A DNA stretch of 62,641 bases from Nitrososphaerota archaeon (GTDB taxonomy: Archaea; Iainarchaeota; Iainarchaeia; Iainarchaeales; GCA-2688035), in assembly GCA_017610265.1 (NCBI GenBank), contig JAFCCH010000016.1:1-62641 (forward strand). Direction: 5' to 3'. Shown here piece by piece: positions 1 through 9,691 of the stretch (its first letter is position 1; each line of letters opens with the position of its first letter). Under the pieces are notes generated by a model. It was given only the letters and a program-made list of their open reading frames with translations, had not been told where the DNA came from and ran no database searches. The position numbers were made by a program, and so were the translations under genes.

Positions 1-497
1 GTTTTGTTGTTCTTGCAGGATATGCTTTGGGAAAATCACAAGAGCTTACAAAAGTTGTCAATGAATACACAGGAATAACGCCGCTTGTTCACGACTCTGT
101 TTTCAGAAACAATGCGGTTTACGAAAAGCACGGCACAAAGTTGGGCGATTACATTCAACTTGACCACAACCTCAAGGACAGTTCTGTTTTGATAATGCCT
201 CCTTCCCTCGTCAACCACAACATATTGCAGGTTTTACAATTTTCTCTTCACAAAAAGATTTTTTCAGGAATGGCAACAGGCTGGTCTTTCAGAAACGGCT
301 TTGACACTCTTTTTCCATTAAGTGATCACGCAGACTTTGGGCAATTGCTCCATTATGTGGAACAAGCTGAGCCAAAGCTTGTGGTGACAATGCATGGCTT
401 TGAAAGAGAGTTTGCATCCTATGTTCAAAGAAGGCTTGGAATTGCCGCAAGGCCTTTGTGTGAAGAGGGTCAGAAAACAATTACAGAATTTTCCTGA
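1..497 (+). CDS. beta-CASP / metallo-beta-lactamase-fold nuclease, C-terminal part (5' end outside window)
   Basis: The frame is open from the window edge (..FVVLAGYALGKSQELTKV..). The block SDHADFGQLLHYVEQAEPKLVVTMHG resembles the C-terminal motif region of beta-CASP nucleases. Confidence 0.6.
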   Translation, partial: FVVLAGYALGKSQELTKVVNEYTGITPLVHDSVFRNNAVYEKHGTKLGDYIQLDHNLKDSSVLIMPPSLVNHNILQVLQFSLHKKIFSGMATGWSFRNGFDTLFPLSDHADFGQLLHYVEQAEPKLVVTMHGFEREFASYVQRRLGIAARPLCEEGQKTITEFS

Positions 498-498
498 G

Positions 499-1146
499 GT
501 GTTTGTATTGGAAGAAAAACTGTTTAATGAGATTAAGGAAAAGGCACTGCCTTTCTTCAAGGATTACGGAGGTCATGCTTTTGATCATACTGAACGCGTG
601 CTAAATCTTGCAAAGCACATTGCTAAAAATGAAAATGTTGATATTGACATAGTGGTTGCAGCCGCTCTTCTTCACGATATTGCAAGATGCCGGGAAGATG
701 ATGGAAAGATAGGCTGCCATGCAGAACAGGGGGCCAAAGACGCTGAAGCTCTTTTGAAAGAAACAAGCTTTCCAAAGGAAAAGATTAAGGCAGTTGTTCA
801 CGCTGTTGCAGTTCACAGATACAGTACTGGTATTGTTCCTGATTCACTTGAAGGAAAGATTATACAAGATGCTGATCGCCTTGAAGCTCTTGGGGCAATT
901 GCTGTTGCCAGGATTTTTGCAAGAGGTGGGGAAATGGGCCGCCCTTTTTATAAATCATTAGACAAATATGACAAGGAACACAAAACAAATGTTGGCGGTT
1001 CCCTTGGGCATTTTTCAAAAAAGATTTTCAAGATAAAACCAAAATGCTTTTACACCAAAACAGCAAGAGATCTTGCTGTTAAAAGATACAAGTTTACTGA
1101 AATATTTGTGCAGGAATTTCTTGACGAGGTTTCCGGAAAACGCTAG
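499..1146 (+). CDS. HD-domain metal-dependent phosphohydrolase
   Basis: HAFDHTERVL .. AALLHDIAR .. IQDADRLEALGA match the H..HD..D signature. I placed the start at GTG 499 (or TTG 508), right after the upstream stop. The 394 start in the track would overlap the previous gene by 100 nt. Confidence 0.75.
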   Translation: MFVLEEKLFNEIKEKALPFFKDYGGHAFDHTERVLNLAKHIAKNENVDIDIVVAAALLHDIARCREDDGKIGCHAEQGAKDAEALLKETSFPKEKIKAVVHAVAVHRYSTGIVPDSLEGKIIQDADRLEALGAIAVARIFARGGEMGRPFYKSLDKYDKEHKTNVGGSLGHFSKKIFKIKPKCFYTKTARDLAVKRYKFTEIFVQEFLDEVSGKR

Positions 1147-1622
1147 CCACGTTTCCAATAATATTTTCTGTCACGAAAACTGTAACGCATTGTAAAATCT
1201 CTTACTCTATGCTGCTCTCTTTTGGAAAAGTTTCTTCCTGCAAAATAATTTTCCTCGGCCAAAATCTTTCTTGCTTCTATCCTGCTAACTCCCTCGTGTT
1301 TCATTATATATTTGATAATTTTGTCTGCAAGAAGTCTTACATTAACCTTCCATCCGGGACCAAGTATTTTCTCCAAGTCTTTTTTTTCAAGAAGTTTGTA
1401 GCCCTTTCTTTCATTGTTGATAACTTTTCCCCTAACTGTCCATGCCTTTTTTTGAGCAGGGCTTGTGCGCCTTCTGCTTATTCTTGCCCTAACTGCGCTA
1501 AAGGAGGTAATTATTGGAGGTGGCATTGAGGCTCTTTTGGCCTGCTTTTTTTTGGAAACAGGCTTTTTTTTGGCTTTTTTCTTTTTGGCAGGAGGCGTAC
1601 AGATATTCTGGTTCTTTTGCAT
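1143..1622 (-). CDS. hypothetical basic protein with poly-Lys N-terminal tail
   Basis: 159-aa ORF with N-terminus KKKKAKKKPVSKKKQAKR. No catalytic motif recognised. Confidence 0.45.
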   Translation of the reverse strand: MQKNQNICTPPAKKKKAKKKPVSKKKQAKRASMPPPIITSFSAVRARISRRRTSPAQKKAWTVRGKVINNERKGYKLLEKKDLEKILGPGWKVNVRLLADKIIKYIMKHEGVSRIEARKILAEENYFAGRNFSKREQHRVRDFTMRYSFRDRKYYWKRG

Positions 1623-1740
1623 TTAATACTTTCTCAAAGGCAAGGATAATTATGTATAAGTCATGCCTTTTTGCAAAGGACTTTCAACAATTAGCTTTAT
1701 AACCGTTTTTTAACCAATTTTGTTAATTCCAGTGGTTGAA

Positions 1741-3528
1741 ATGAAGAGAACACACACTTGCGGGCAATTAAACGAAAAAAACATTGGCAAAAAGGTTCTT
1801 TTGCAGGGCTGGGTTGCCAAGCGAAGAGACCACGGAAATCTTATTTTTATTGACTTGAGGGACAGATATGGAATAACCCAGGTTGTCTTCAATCCAAAGG
1901 ACAGCAAGGATGCCCACAAAGAGGCTGAAAAGCTTGGGAAAGAGTTTGTTGTCCAGATTGAGGGAAAGGTTTCAAAAAGACCTGGCGGAACCGAAAATAA
2001 GGATATTTCAACAGGCAAAGTTGAATTGAACGCCACCTCTCTTGAAATACTTAACAAGGCAGAAACTCCTTTGCCAATTGAGCTTGACAAGCATCTTCTT
2101 GCAGGCGAAGACCAGCGGCTAAAATACAGGTTCCTTGACTTAAGGCGGCCTGAACTCCAGAAAAAAATTGTTTTAAGGCACAGGCTTGTTAAGTCATTTA
2201 GAGATTATTTTGACAAGCAGAAATTTGTTGAAATTGAAACACCTATTCTTGCAAAGAGTACTCCTGAGGGTGCAAGAGATTATCTTGTTCCAAGCAGGGT
2301 TCAGCCAGGAAAGTTTTTTGCACTTCCGCAGAGCCCGCAGCTGTTTAAACAAATTCTGATGGTTTCAGGCTTTGATCGATATATGCAGATTGTAAAATGC
2401 TTTAGAGATGAAGACTTAAGAGCTGACAGACAGCCTGAGTTTACTCAGGTTGACCTTGAAATGTCTTTTGTTGAACCAGAAGACATCTATGAACTTATAG
2501 AAGGGGCAATGAAGCAGGTCTTTAAGGACACTCTTGGAGTGGCTGTAAAAACTCCGTTTCCAAAACTTTCATTTGAGGAAGCAATGAATACTTATGGAAG
2601 CGACAAGCCAGACACTCGCTTTGAACTGAAATTAGTTGACGTAACAGAAGAAATGAAGGGAACAGAATTTGGAATTTTTAACAGCACAATTAAGTCAGGC
2701 GGTTCAATTAAGGCATTAAAGGTTGAAAAGGGATGCGAAAAGTTTTCCAAGAAAGATGTTGACAAGCTAACAGAGGTTGCAAAGCTCTACAAGGCAAAGG
2801 GTCTTATGAGTGTTTGGGTTAAGGGCAAGGAAATCGAAAGCCAGATTGCAAAATTCCTTCCAGAAAAAACAGTTAAGGCTTTGCTTGACAAGACAAAGGC
2901 AAAAAGGAATGACTTAATTCTTATTGTTGCAGACAAGTGGGAAACCGCCTGCAATTCAATTGGGTATGTAAGGCTTGCGGTTGCGGCAAAGCTTGACTTA
3001 ATTGACAAAAGCAAGTACAATTTCCTTTGGGTTGTTGATTTTCCTCTCCTTGAGTGGAATGACGACGAGCAAAGATATACTGCAATGCACCATCCGTTTA
3101 CATCTCCTCTAGACTCTGATTTGGAATTTTTGGATTCTGCTCCTGAAAAGGCAAAGGCAAAAGCCTACGACATTGTCTTAAACGGTTCAGAAATTGGCGG
3201 CGGAAGCATCAGAATTCACAGAGGCGATGTTCAGGAAAAGATGTTTAAGGCGCTCGGAATCAGCAAGGCAGAAGCAGAATCAAAGTTTGGCTTTTTGTTA
3301 AGTGCATTCAAGTACGGTGCTCCTCCACACGGCGGAATTGCTTTGGGTCTTGACAGAATTGCCACAATAATGACTGATTCAGACAGCATCAGGGAAGTAA
3401 TCGCTTTCCCTAAAAACAAGGCATCTATTTCACTAATGGACAATGCTCCAAGCGAAGTTTCAGAAAAGCAGTTGAAAGAGCTTAGCCTAAAACTTGATAT
3501 TGAAAAGGCTCCCGAAACAAAGAAATAA
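1741..3528 (+). CDS. aspS: aspartyl-tRNA synthetase, long (bacterial-type) architecture with insertion domain
   Basis: Class II aaRS motifs are present (FRDEDLRADRQPEFTQVD, GGGSIRIH, GLDRIA). A large insertion lies between motifs 2 and 3, as in bacterial AspRS. ATG 1741 (MKRTHTCGQL) is preferred as the start. Confidence 0.93.
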   Translation: MKRTHTCGQLNEKNIGKKVLLQGWVAKRRDHGNLIFIDLRDRYGITQVVFNPKDSKDAHKEAEKLGKEFVVQIEGKVSKRPGGTENKDISTGKVELNATSLEILNKAETPLPIELDKHLLAGEDQRLKYRFLDLRRPELQKKIVLRHRLVKSFRDYFDKQKFVEIETPILAKSTPEGARDYLVPSRVQPGKFFALPQSPQLFKQILMVSGFDRYMQIVKCFRDEDLRADRQPEFTQVDLEMSFVEPEDIYELIEGAMKQVFKDTLGVAVKTPFPKLSFEEAMNTYGSDKPDTRFELKLVDVTEEMKGTEFGIFNSTIKSGGSIKALKVEKGCEKFSKKDVDKLTEVAKLYKAKGLMSVWVKGKEIESQIAKFLPEKTVKALLDKTKAKRNDLILIVADKWETACNSIGYVRLAVAAKLDLIDKSKYNFLWVVDFPLLEWNDDEQRYTAMHHPFTSPLDSDLEFLDSAPEKAKAKAYDIVLNGSEIGGGSIRIHRGDVQEKMFKALGISKAEAESKFGFLLSAFKYGAPPHGGIALGLDRIATIMTDSDSIREVIAFPKNKASISLMDNAPSEVSEKQLKELSLKLDIEKAPETKK

Positions 3529-3553
3529 ATACTTCTTTTTAACAATAGGTCTA

Positions 3554-3838
3554 ATGACTCTTTTGAAAAAAAAACTTTTACTTTTTCTAATAGTAGTTGC
3601 TTGCACTGTCTGGATTCTTAGCTACTTTAGTGTGCATTTATATCCTTACAACGGCTTTCAATTTGCAGAAATTTTGTTTTATTTTTTGCTTTGTGGTGCT
3701 CTTGACTGCTCTACAGCGGTGGGAAAACGCTTTGTCTTTTGGAGTGTTGCCTTGCCACTTTCGGCAATTCTTTGGCTAATTCCCCCTGTTTTAGCGATTA
3801 TAATTTTTTGGAAGAAAGGGCTTTTTAGAAAAGAATAA
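3554..3838 (+). CDS. small membrane protein
   Basis: Hydrophobic segments throughout. ATG 3554 avoids overlap with aspS. Confidence 0.4.
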   Translation: MTLLKKKLLLFLIVVACTVWILSYFSVHLYPYNGFQFAEILFYFLLCGALDCSTAVGKRFVFWSVALPLSAILWLIPPVLAIIIFWKKGLFRKE

Positions 3839-3903
3839 TTTCAAAAAAAGACTTCTTAGGCAGGCTTTAAATTTCTTTTACTCTTCTATATTGTGGGGAT
3901 TAA

Positions 3904-4197
3904 ATGGCTAAACAAACAGTTGACAAAAAGCTTCTTTTGAAGGTTGCAGCCAATGCAAGGCTCAATTTAACTGAAAAAGAAGTTAATCTTTTTTTGAAAG
4001 ATTTCAAGGAAATTCTCAAAGCATTTGAAACACTTGACGAAATCTCTGTTGAAGGGGAAAAGCCAAGCTTTCAGCCAATTCAGTTAGAGAATGTGGTAAG
4101 AAAGGACGAAGTTGAAAAATGCCTTTCACAGGAAGACGCCTTGAAGAACACAAGAAACAAAAAAGACGGCTATTTCATGGGGCCCAAGGCGTTGTGA
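3904..4197 (+). CDS. gatC: Asp/Glu-tRNA amidotransferase subunit C
   Basis: 97 aa with ..KPSFQPIQLENVVRKDEV.., a typical GatC motif. It lies directly 5' of gatA. Confidence 0.85.
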   Translation: MAKQTVDKKLLLKVAANARLNLTEKEVNLFLKDFKEILKAFETLDEISVEGEKPSFQPIQLENVVRKDEVEKCLSQEDALKNTRNKKDGYFMGPKAL

Positions 4198-4202
4198 TTT
4201 AC

Positions 4203-5636
4203 ATGAAACAGCAAACTATCAGCCAACTTATTTCAAGCATTAAAAGAGGCGAAATTTCTGTTGTTGAGCACATTGAAAAAATACTTGAAGAAGCCAAGCA
4301 AACAAATGTAATGCTTAACCACTTTAACATCATTGCAAAAGATTCTGCCCTAAAGCAAGCCAAAGAAATTGACGCAGGCCTCAAAACAGGAAGGCACAAA
4401 GGCAAGCTTTTGGGAGTTCCGCTTTCAGTAAAGGACTGCATTTGCGTTAAAGACATTGAAAGCAGGGCCGGTAGCAAAATTCTTTCAGATTACTTTCCAT
4501 TGTTTGACGCAACAGTAATTGCAAAGGCAAGGGCTGAAGGGGCAATAATAATTGGTAAGACTGCCCAGGACGAATTTGGCTTTGGGACCTTTTCAAATAA
4601 TACAGGCGTTGGATTTGAAAAGCCGCTTAATCCTGTTAACCCAAAAAGAAGCTGCGGTGGAAGTTCGGGCGGCTCAGCAGGATTTACTGGAGCAACAAAG
4701 TTTGCACACGGCAGCCTTGGCCAAAGTACTGGAGGAAGCATTGCTGCCCCTGCATCTTTTTGCGGAGTGGTTGGATTAACTCCAACTTATGGCCGTGTTT
4801 CAAGATATGGCCTAATTGATTATGCAAACAGCCTTGACAAAATTGGAAGCATTGGCAAAACAGTTGAAGATGCCGCTCTTCTCCTGGAAGTTATCAGTGG
4901 ACACGATGTAAATGACAGCACTTCCCTGCAGGAAAAGGTTTCAGGCCTTTCGGATTTGAAGCCAAGCTCTGACTTAAAGATTGGAATTGCAAAAGATTTC
5001 TTTGAGGGGTGCGAGGAAGGCGTTCAAAAAGAGTGCATGAAGGCAATTGACAAGCTTGAAAAAGCAGGTTCAAAAATCGAAGAAATTTCCCTGCCTCTAA
5101 ATGTGAAATACGGGGTTGCGGCATATTACCTTGTTTCAACAACTGAGGCAAGTACAAATCTTGCAAGATACTGTGGAATGAGATACGGGCTTCACGACAA
5201 GATAGAGGGTTCGTTTAATGAATACTTTTCAAATGTTAGAAGCAAGGGCTTTAGCCAGGAAGCCAAAAGGCGTATTTTGCTTGGAACATTTGCAAGAATG
5301 GCCGGTTTTAGAGATGCTTATTATCTAAAGGCAATGAAGCTTAGGACAAAATTGATTAAGGAATTCCAAGAAGCTTTTGGCAAGGTTGATGTTATTGTAA
5401 ATCCAACAATGCCAATTGTTGCTCCAACCTTTTCGGAAATTGAAGAATTAAGCCCGATGCAAGAGTATGCAATGGACTTGTGCACTGTTCCAGCAAACCT
5501 TGCCGGCTTGCCCCACGCCTCTGTTCCTGTTGGAACCAGCAAGAAAATGCCTGTTGGCCTAATGATTACTGCAAATCATTTAGAGGAAGAAAAGATGGTG
5601 AAAGCCTCTTTAGCTTTTGAGGAGGTCTGCAAATGA
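4203..5636 (+). CDS. gatA: Asp/Glu-tRNA amidotransferase subunit A (amidase signature family)
   Basis: Amidase signature GGSSGGSAG plus KDCICVKDIESRAGSK. ATG 4203 (MKQQTISQLI) lies 6 nt after the gatC stop. Confidence 0.93.
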   Translation: MKQQTISQLISSIKRGEISVVEHIEKILEEAKQTNVMLNHFNIIAKDSALKQAKEIDAGLKTGRHKGKLLGVPLSVKDCICVKDIESRAGSKILSDYFPLFDATVIAKARAEGAIIIGKTAQDEFGFGTFSNNTGVGFEKPLNPVNPKRSCGGSSGGSAGFTGATKFAHGSLGQSTGGSIAAPASFCGVVGLTPTYGRVSRYGLIDYANSLDKIGSIGKTVEDAALLLEVISGHDVNDSTSLQEKVSGLSDLKPSSDLKIGIAKDFFEGCEEGVQKECMKAIDKLEKAGSKIEEISLPLNVKYGVAAYYLVSTTEASTNLARYCGMRYGLHDKIEGSFNEYFSNVRSKGFSQEAKRRILLGTFARMAGFRDAYYLKAMKLRTKLIKEFQEAFGKVDVIVNPTMPIVAPTFSEIEELSPMQEYAMDLCTVPANLAGLPHASVPVGTSKKMPVGLMITANHLEEEKMVKASLAFEEVCK

Positions 5637-6394
5637 GCAAGGAATTAGATATTGCAATTGAAGCTGCAAAAAAGGCAGGCAAACTGCAATTGGAAAAATT
5701 GTTTTCCAAGCACGAGCTTAAGAAAAAAGGGCTAAAAGATTTTGCCACAGATGTTGATTTGCAGAGTGAAAAAATCATAATTGATTATATAAAGAAAAAT
5801 TTCCCGTCACACAGTTTTTTGTCAGAAGAAAGTGGAAAAAGCGAAAATTCAAATCCATACAAGTGGATAATTGACCCTGTTGACGGAACACACAGTTATA
5901 TGACCGGGCTTCCAAACTTTGGCACATCAATAGGTTTAGAGAAAGACGGGCAAATTATTGCCGGAGTAATTTTCCTCCCTGCCTTCGGAGAGCTTCTTTC
6001 AGCGGAAAAAGGTAAGGGCTCTTTTCTGAACGGAAAGAAAATAAGCGTTTCAAAAAAATCAGAACTTGACGGAACAACAGGAAGCTTTGAATTTCAGACA
6101 AATATGTATCCCTTGGAAAAATACGCTGAAATTTTTGGAAATTTGTTTAGCAAAATGCTTAATCTGCGAAGTCTTGGCGGAGTAGCTGACTTTGCAATGG
6201 TTGCAACAGGCAGAATGGATTTTTCTGTTGCAGTAAGAACTCATCCCTGGGACTGCGCAGCAGCAGGCATTATTATTGAGGAAGCAGGCGGGAAGCTGAC
6301 TGACTTCAATGGCAAGCAAGGTCCCTATATTTCAAATGTGGTTTCCTCAAACGGATTGCTTCATGAAAAAATCTTAAAGGAGCTTGGCAAATGA
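5633..6394 (+). CDS. inositol monophosphatase / FBPase family protein (paralog 1)
   Basis: WIIDPVDGT and WDCAAAGIIIEEAGG motifs. ATGA overlap with the gatA stop. Confidence 0.85.
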   Translation: MSKELDIAIEAAKKAGKLQLEKLFSKHELKKKGLKDFATDVDLQSEKIIIDYIKKNFPSHSFLSEESGKSENSNPYKWIIDPVDGTHSYMTGLPNFGTSIGLEKDGQIIAGVIFLPAFGELLSAEKGKGSFLNGKKISVSKKSELDGTTGSFEFQTNMYPLEKYAEIFGNLFSKMLNLRSLGGVADFAMVATGRMDFSVAVRTHPWDCAAAGIIIEEAGGKLTDFNGKQGPYISNVVSSNGLLHEKILKELGK

Positions 6395-7188
6395 AGAAAG
6401 TAAAGGAATGCAAGAAAAGCAAGGAATTGATTACTGCAATTGCGGCTGCAAAGGCTGCCGGAAAGGTCATAATGAAACATTATGGCAAGTTGCATCAAAT
6501 TAGGGTAAAGAGTGCAAGGCTTGGTATTGTAACAGAAACAGATTTGCTTGCACAGAAAAAGATTAAGGCAGTTATCAGAAAAAATTTTCCCAAAGCCGAG
6601 TTTTTTGCAGAAGAAGACAAAAATCATCCCAAAATTTCTCACTTAACATGGGTTGTTGACCCATTAGATGGCACAACAAACTTTTCCAGGAGCATTAGGA
6701 CCTTTACTGTTTCAATTGCATTGCTTAGAAACCATCGGCCTGTCATTGGAGTTGTCTTTGATCCTAATTCAGGCGAACTATTCTATGCTGAAAAAGGCTG
6801 CGGAGCCTTTGCAAACGGCAAAAGAATTTCGGTTTCAAGTGTTTCAAAGCCTGAACATGGTTTGTTTAGCATCTCCATTCCAAGACGTGCCAAAACCAGG
6901 AAGGAGAATTATACATCGCTAAAAAAACTGTTTGGGATCATGGGAGGCCTTAGAAATTTTGGCACTGCCGCCCTTCATCTTTCGCTTATTGCAGCCGGGC
7001 GCATTGACGCCTATCTCGAATATGGCTTGTATGCATGGGACTCTGCTGCAGGAATTGTGCTTGTCCAGGAAGCTGGTGGAAGAATAACAGATTACAAGGG
7101 CTGCAAGTATAACATGTTTTCAGGAGAATCTCTTGTTGCGACAAATGGCAAAATCCACAGGCAAGTAATCAGGGAGTTGAATAAATGA
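6391..7188 (+). CDS. inositol monophosphatase / FBPase family protein (paralog 2)
   Basis: WVVDPLDGTTNF and AWDSAAGIVLVQEAGG motifs. ATGA overlap with paralog 1. Confidence 0.85.
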   Translation: MKKVKECKKSKELITAIAAAKAAGKVIMKHYGKLHQIRVKSARLGIVTETDLLAQKKIKAVIRKNFPKAEFFAEEDKNHPKISHLTWVVDPLDGTTNFSRSIRTFTVSIALLRNHRPVIGVVFDPNSGELFYAEKGCGAFANGKRISVSSVSKPEHGLFSISIPRRAKTRKENYTSLKKLFGIMGGLRNFGTAALHLSLIAAGRIDAYLEYGLYAWDSAAGIVLVQEAGGRITDYKGCKYNMFSGESLVATNGKIHRQVIRELNK

Positions 7189-7937
7189 AATTAACTGTTC
7201 TTGGAAGCGGTTCAACTAATTCAAGCAGGGCAACAATTGGTTTTGTGCTTGAATTGCCTAATCAAAGCATTGCTATTGATTTGGGTTTTAGCTGCTTCAA
7301 AAACATGCAAAAAACAGGTATTGATTATTCAAAGATAAATAATATTTTCTTTACTCATGTGGAACACCCTGATCATATAAATGACCTTACTGCTTTTTTG
7401 TTTGCGAGAAAAGGGCTTGCTGATTCAGGCCTTTCTGAAAAAATTCAAATTAATCTTTTTGCAGGTCAAGGACTGAAAAAGTTTGTTCAAAATTTGTTTG
7501 TGCTTTATCCTTTGTTTGAAAACCTTCCCTTTAAATTAAATGTAACTGAATTGGAGGCGCATTCAAAAAACAAATTCCCAAACTTTTCTTTAACAACCAA
7601 AAAAATGAAACATAGGCCAAGCAGTTTGGGTTTTAGGTTTGAAGCAGGTGGCAAAAGCATTGTTTTTTCAGGCGATACTGAGCAGAATGAAAATCTTGTT
7701 GAGTTAGCAAAAAATGCGGATTTACTTGTTGCTGAATGTAATTTTGGTGAAGAGGTTGGTGGGGATCATATGAATGCAGAGCAAGTTGCCGTTATTGCTG
7801 CAAGAGCCAATGCCAAGGCATTGTTATTGCATCATTTTTCGCCAGAAGCTGAAAAAGTAGACACAAAAGCGATTGCCGCTAAAAAATTTAATGGTGTTAT
7901 TTATGTTGCTGAAGACTTAATGCAGGTGACTGTTTAA
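7185..7937 (+). CDS. MBL-fold metallo-hydrolase (RNase Z/ElaC-like short form)
   Basis: LTVLGSGS, HVEHPDHINDL (a variant of HxHxDH), FSGDTE and LLHHFS. Start and stop overlap both neighbouring genes. Confidence 0.6.
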   Translation: MKLTVLGSGSTNSSRATIGFVLELPNQSIAIDLGFSCFKNMQKTGIDYSKINNIFFTHVEHPDHINDLTAFLFARKGLADSGLSEKIQINLFAGQGLKKFVQNLFVLYPLFENLPFKLNVTELEAHSKNKFPNFSLTTKKMKHRPSSLGFRFEAGGKSIVFSGDTEQNENLVELAKNADLLVAECNFGEEVGGDHMNAEQVAVIAARANAKALLLHHFSPEAEKVDTKAIAAKKFNGVIYVAEDLMQVTV

Positions 7938-8938
7938 TGGTTGGAAAAGAGGGCGTTATGATTGGACTTGAATGTCATGTCCAACTAAACACTGACAGCA
8001 AGCTTTTCTGCGGATGCCCAACAAAGGCAGGGGATCCAAACACTGCCTGCTGCCCGATTTGCCTTGGCCACCCTGGTTCAAAGCCTGTTCTCAATGCAAA
8101 GGCATTGGATTATACAATGAAGGTTGCCCTTGCATTTAATTGTGAAATAAACCAGCAGTTTTTCTTCAGCAGGAAAACATATTTCTATCCTGATATGTCA
8201 AAGAATTTCCAAATAACACAGTATGAGATTCCTGTTGGTCTAAAAGGCTATATTGTCCTAAGCAGCGGCAAGAAAATTGGCATTACTCGTGTACATTTAG
8301 AGGAGGATCCTGCTGCACTTGTTCATACAAGCGGAATGGGTTCAAGCAATTTCAGTCTTGTAGACTATAACAGGTCTGGAATTCCTCTTGTTGAAATTGT
8401 TACAGACCCTGATTTTGAAAGCCCTGGGGAAGCCAGAGAATTCCTTGAACAGCTTACTACAATTCTTGCATACTTAAAGGTTTTTTCTCCAACAACAGGC
8501 ACTTTGAAGGCTGACTGTAATGTAAGTGTTTACGGAAACAACAGGGTTGAGGTAAAGAATGTTACTGGTAAAAAGGCTGTGGAAAAGGCCCTTTCATTTG
8601 AGATTGCAAGGCAGAAGAACATGCTTTTGAACGAAAAGGAAATTGTGATGGAAACAAGGGCCTTTGACGAAACCACTTTCACAACAAAGGCAAGTAGAAG
8701 CAAGGAAACAGAGGCTGATTATGGTTATATCTTTGAACCAGACTTAACTGCTTTTAGAATAAGCAGGGAAGAAATTGAGGGCATGAAAAAGGCCTTGCCA
8801 GAACTCCATTCGGCTAAGTCAAAAAGGTTTGTTGAAGAGTTTGGATTGGATGAATATACTTCAAATGTTTTGGCAAACAACTTTTCTTTGGGCAATATTT
8901 TTGAAGAAGTTGCAAATTGTAAACAGAAGCGAGCTTGA
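7937..8938 (+). CDS. gatB: Asp/Glu-tRNA amidotransferase subunit B, N-terminal two-thirds (frame broken)
   Basis: GLECHVQLNT..KLFCGC..CPICLGHPGSKPVLN, VHLEEDPA and KADCNVSV. The frame ends at TGA 8936-8938 after ..NIFEEVANCKQKRA. Confidence 0.85.
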   Translation: MVGKEGVMIGLECHVQLNTDSKLFCGCPTKAGDPNTACCPICLGHPGSKPVLNAKALDYTMKVALAFNCEINQQFFFSRKTYFYPDMSKNFQITQYEIPVGLKGYIVLSSGKKIGITRVHLEEDPAALVHTSGMGSSNFSLVDYNRSGIPLVEIVTDPDFESPGEAREFLEQLTTILAYLKVFSPTTGTLKADCNVSVYGNNRVEVKNVTGKKAVEKALSFEIARQKNMLLNEKEIVMETRAFDETTFTTKASRSKETEADYGYIFEPDLTAFRISREEIEGMKKALPELHSAKSKRFVEEFGLDEYTSNVLANNFSLGNIFEEVANCKQKRA

Positions 8939-9299
8939 CCTGGAAACCATTCCATTGGATGCCGGGGAAATTTGTTCCCTGCTTAGAATGCTTTCGGACA
9001 AAAAGATTACTGAAAAGGTTGCAAAGGATGCAACAATTGCATATCTTACAAAAAATGTAAAGCCAACCGAATTTATTGAAAAACAAGGGCTTGCAATGGA
9101 CCTTGACAAGGGAGAGGTTGGAAAGGCAGTTGAAAAGGTTTTTCTGGAAAACAAGCAGGCTGTTGCAGATTTGAAAAGAGGAAAGCAGAAAAGCCTTAAT
9201 TTCCTTGTGGGCCAGGTAATGCGTTTGACCAGGGCAAAGGCAGATGCAAAGACTGTTCAAGACATTATTCTAAGCAAGATTAAGGGTGTGTCAAATTGA
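8829..9299 (+). CDS. gatB: GatB C-terminal (GatB/YqeY) domain in the +1 frame
   Basis: ..KSLNFLVGQVMRLTRAKADAKTVQDIIL is the canonical GatB tail. Homology to GatB starts about 8930, so the real junction with the upstream part lies about 8912-8930. Confidence 0.75.
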   Translation: MLKSLDWMNILQMFWQTTFLWAIFLKKLQIVNRSELDLETIPLDAGEICSLLRMLSDKKITEKVAKDATIAYLTKNVKPTEFIEKQGLAMDLDKGEVGKAVEKVFLENKQAVADLKRGKQKSLNFLVGQVMRLTRAKADAKTVQDIILSKIKGVSN

Positions 9300-9691
9300 T
9301 TGAACTCACTGTAAAAACAGGCAAGAGAAATGAATTGCTTGATGTAACAAGCCAGGTTCAAGAAGCTGTTTCAAAAGCCGGATTAAAAGAGGGACTATGC
9401 ATTGTTTACTGTCCTCATACAACTGCAGGCGTTGCAATAAATGAGAACGCTGACCCAAGCGTTAAGGAAGATGTTTTAAGAAAGTTAACAGAGCTTGTTC
9501 CAAAGGACGACAATTATTCCCATATGGAGGGAAACTCTGACGGCCATATTAAGGCAATTCTTGTTGGAAACAGCAAAACTATTTTTGTCAAGTCAGGAAA
9601 GCTTGTTTTGGGCACCTGGGAAGGCATTTTCTTCTGTGAATTTGATGGCCCAAGAAGCAGAAATCTCTTGCTAAAAATGGCTGAATGTTAA
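9296..9691 (+). CDS. YjbQ/UPF0047 family protein
   Basis: CPHTTAGVAINENADPSVKEDV, HMEGNSDGHIKA and GTWEGIFFCEFDGPR. Overlaps the gatB stop. Confidence 0.8.
   Translation: MIELTVKTGKRNELLDVTSQVQEAVSKAGLKEGLCIVYCPHTTAGVAINENADPSVKEDVLRKLTELVPKDDNYSHMEGNSDGHIKAILVGNSKTIFVKSGKLVLGTWEGIFFCEFDGPRSRNLLLKMAEC

Noticed and set aside
4119-4202. Upstream extensions suggested by the ORF track: gatA from 4119, the HD protein from 394, and the membrane ORFs from 3494 and 9937.
   Set aside because: The extensions overlap the preceding genes and encode non-homologous sequence. Internal ATG or GTG starts lie next to the upstream stops or SD sites and fit better.
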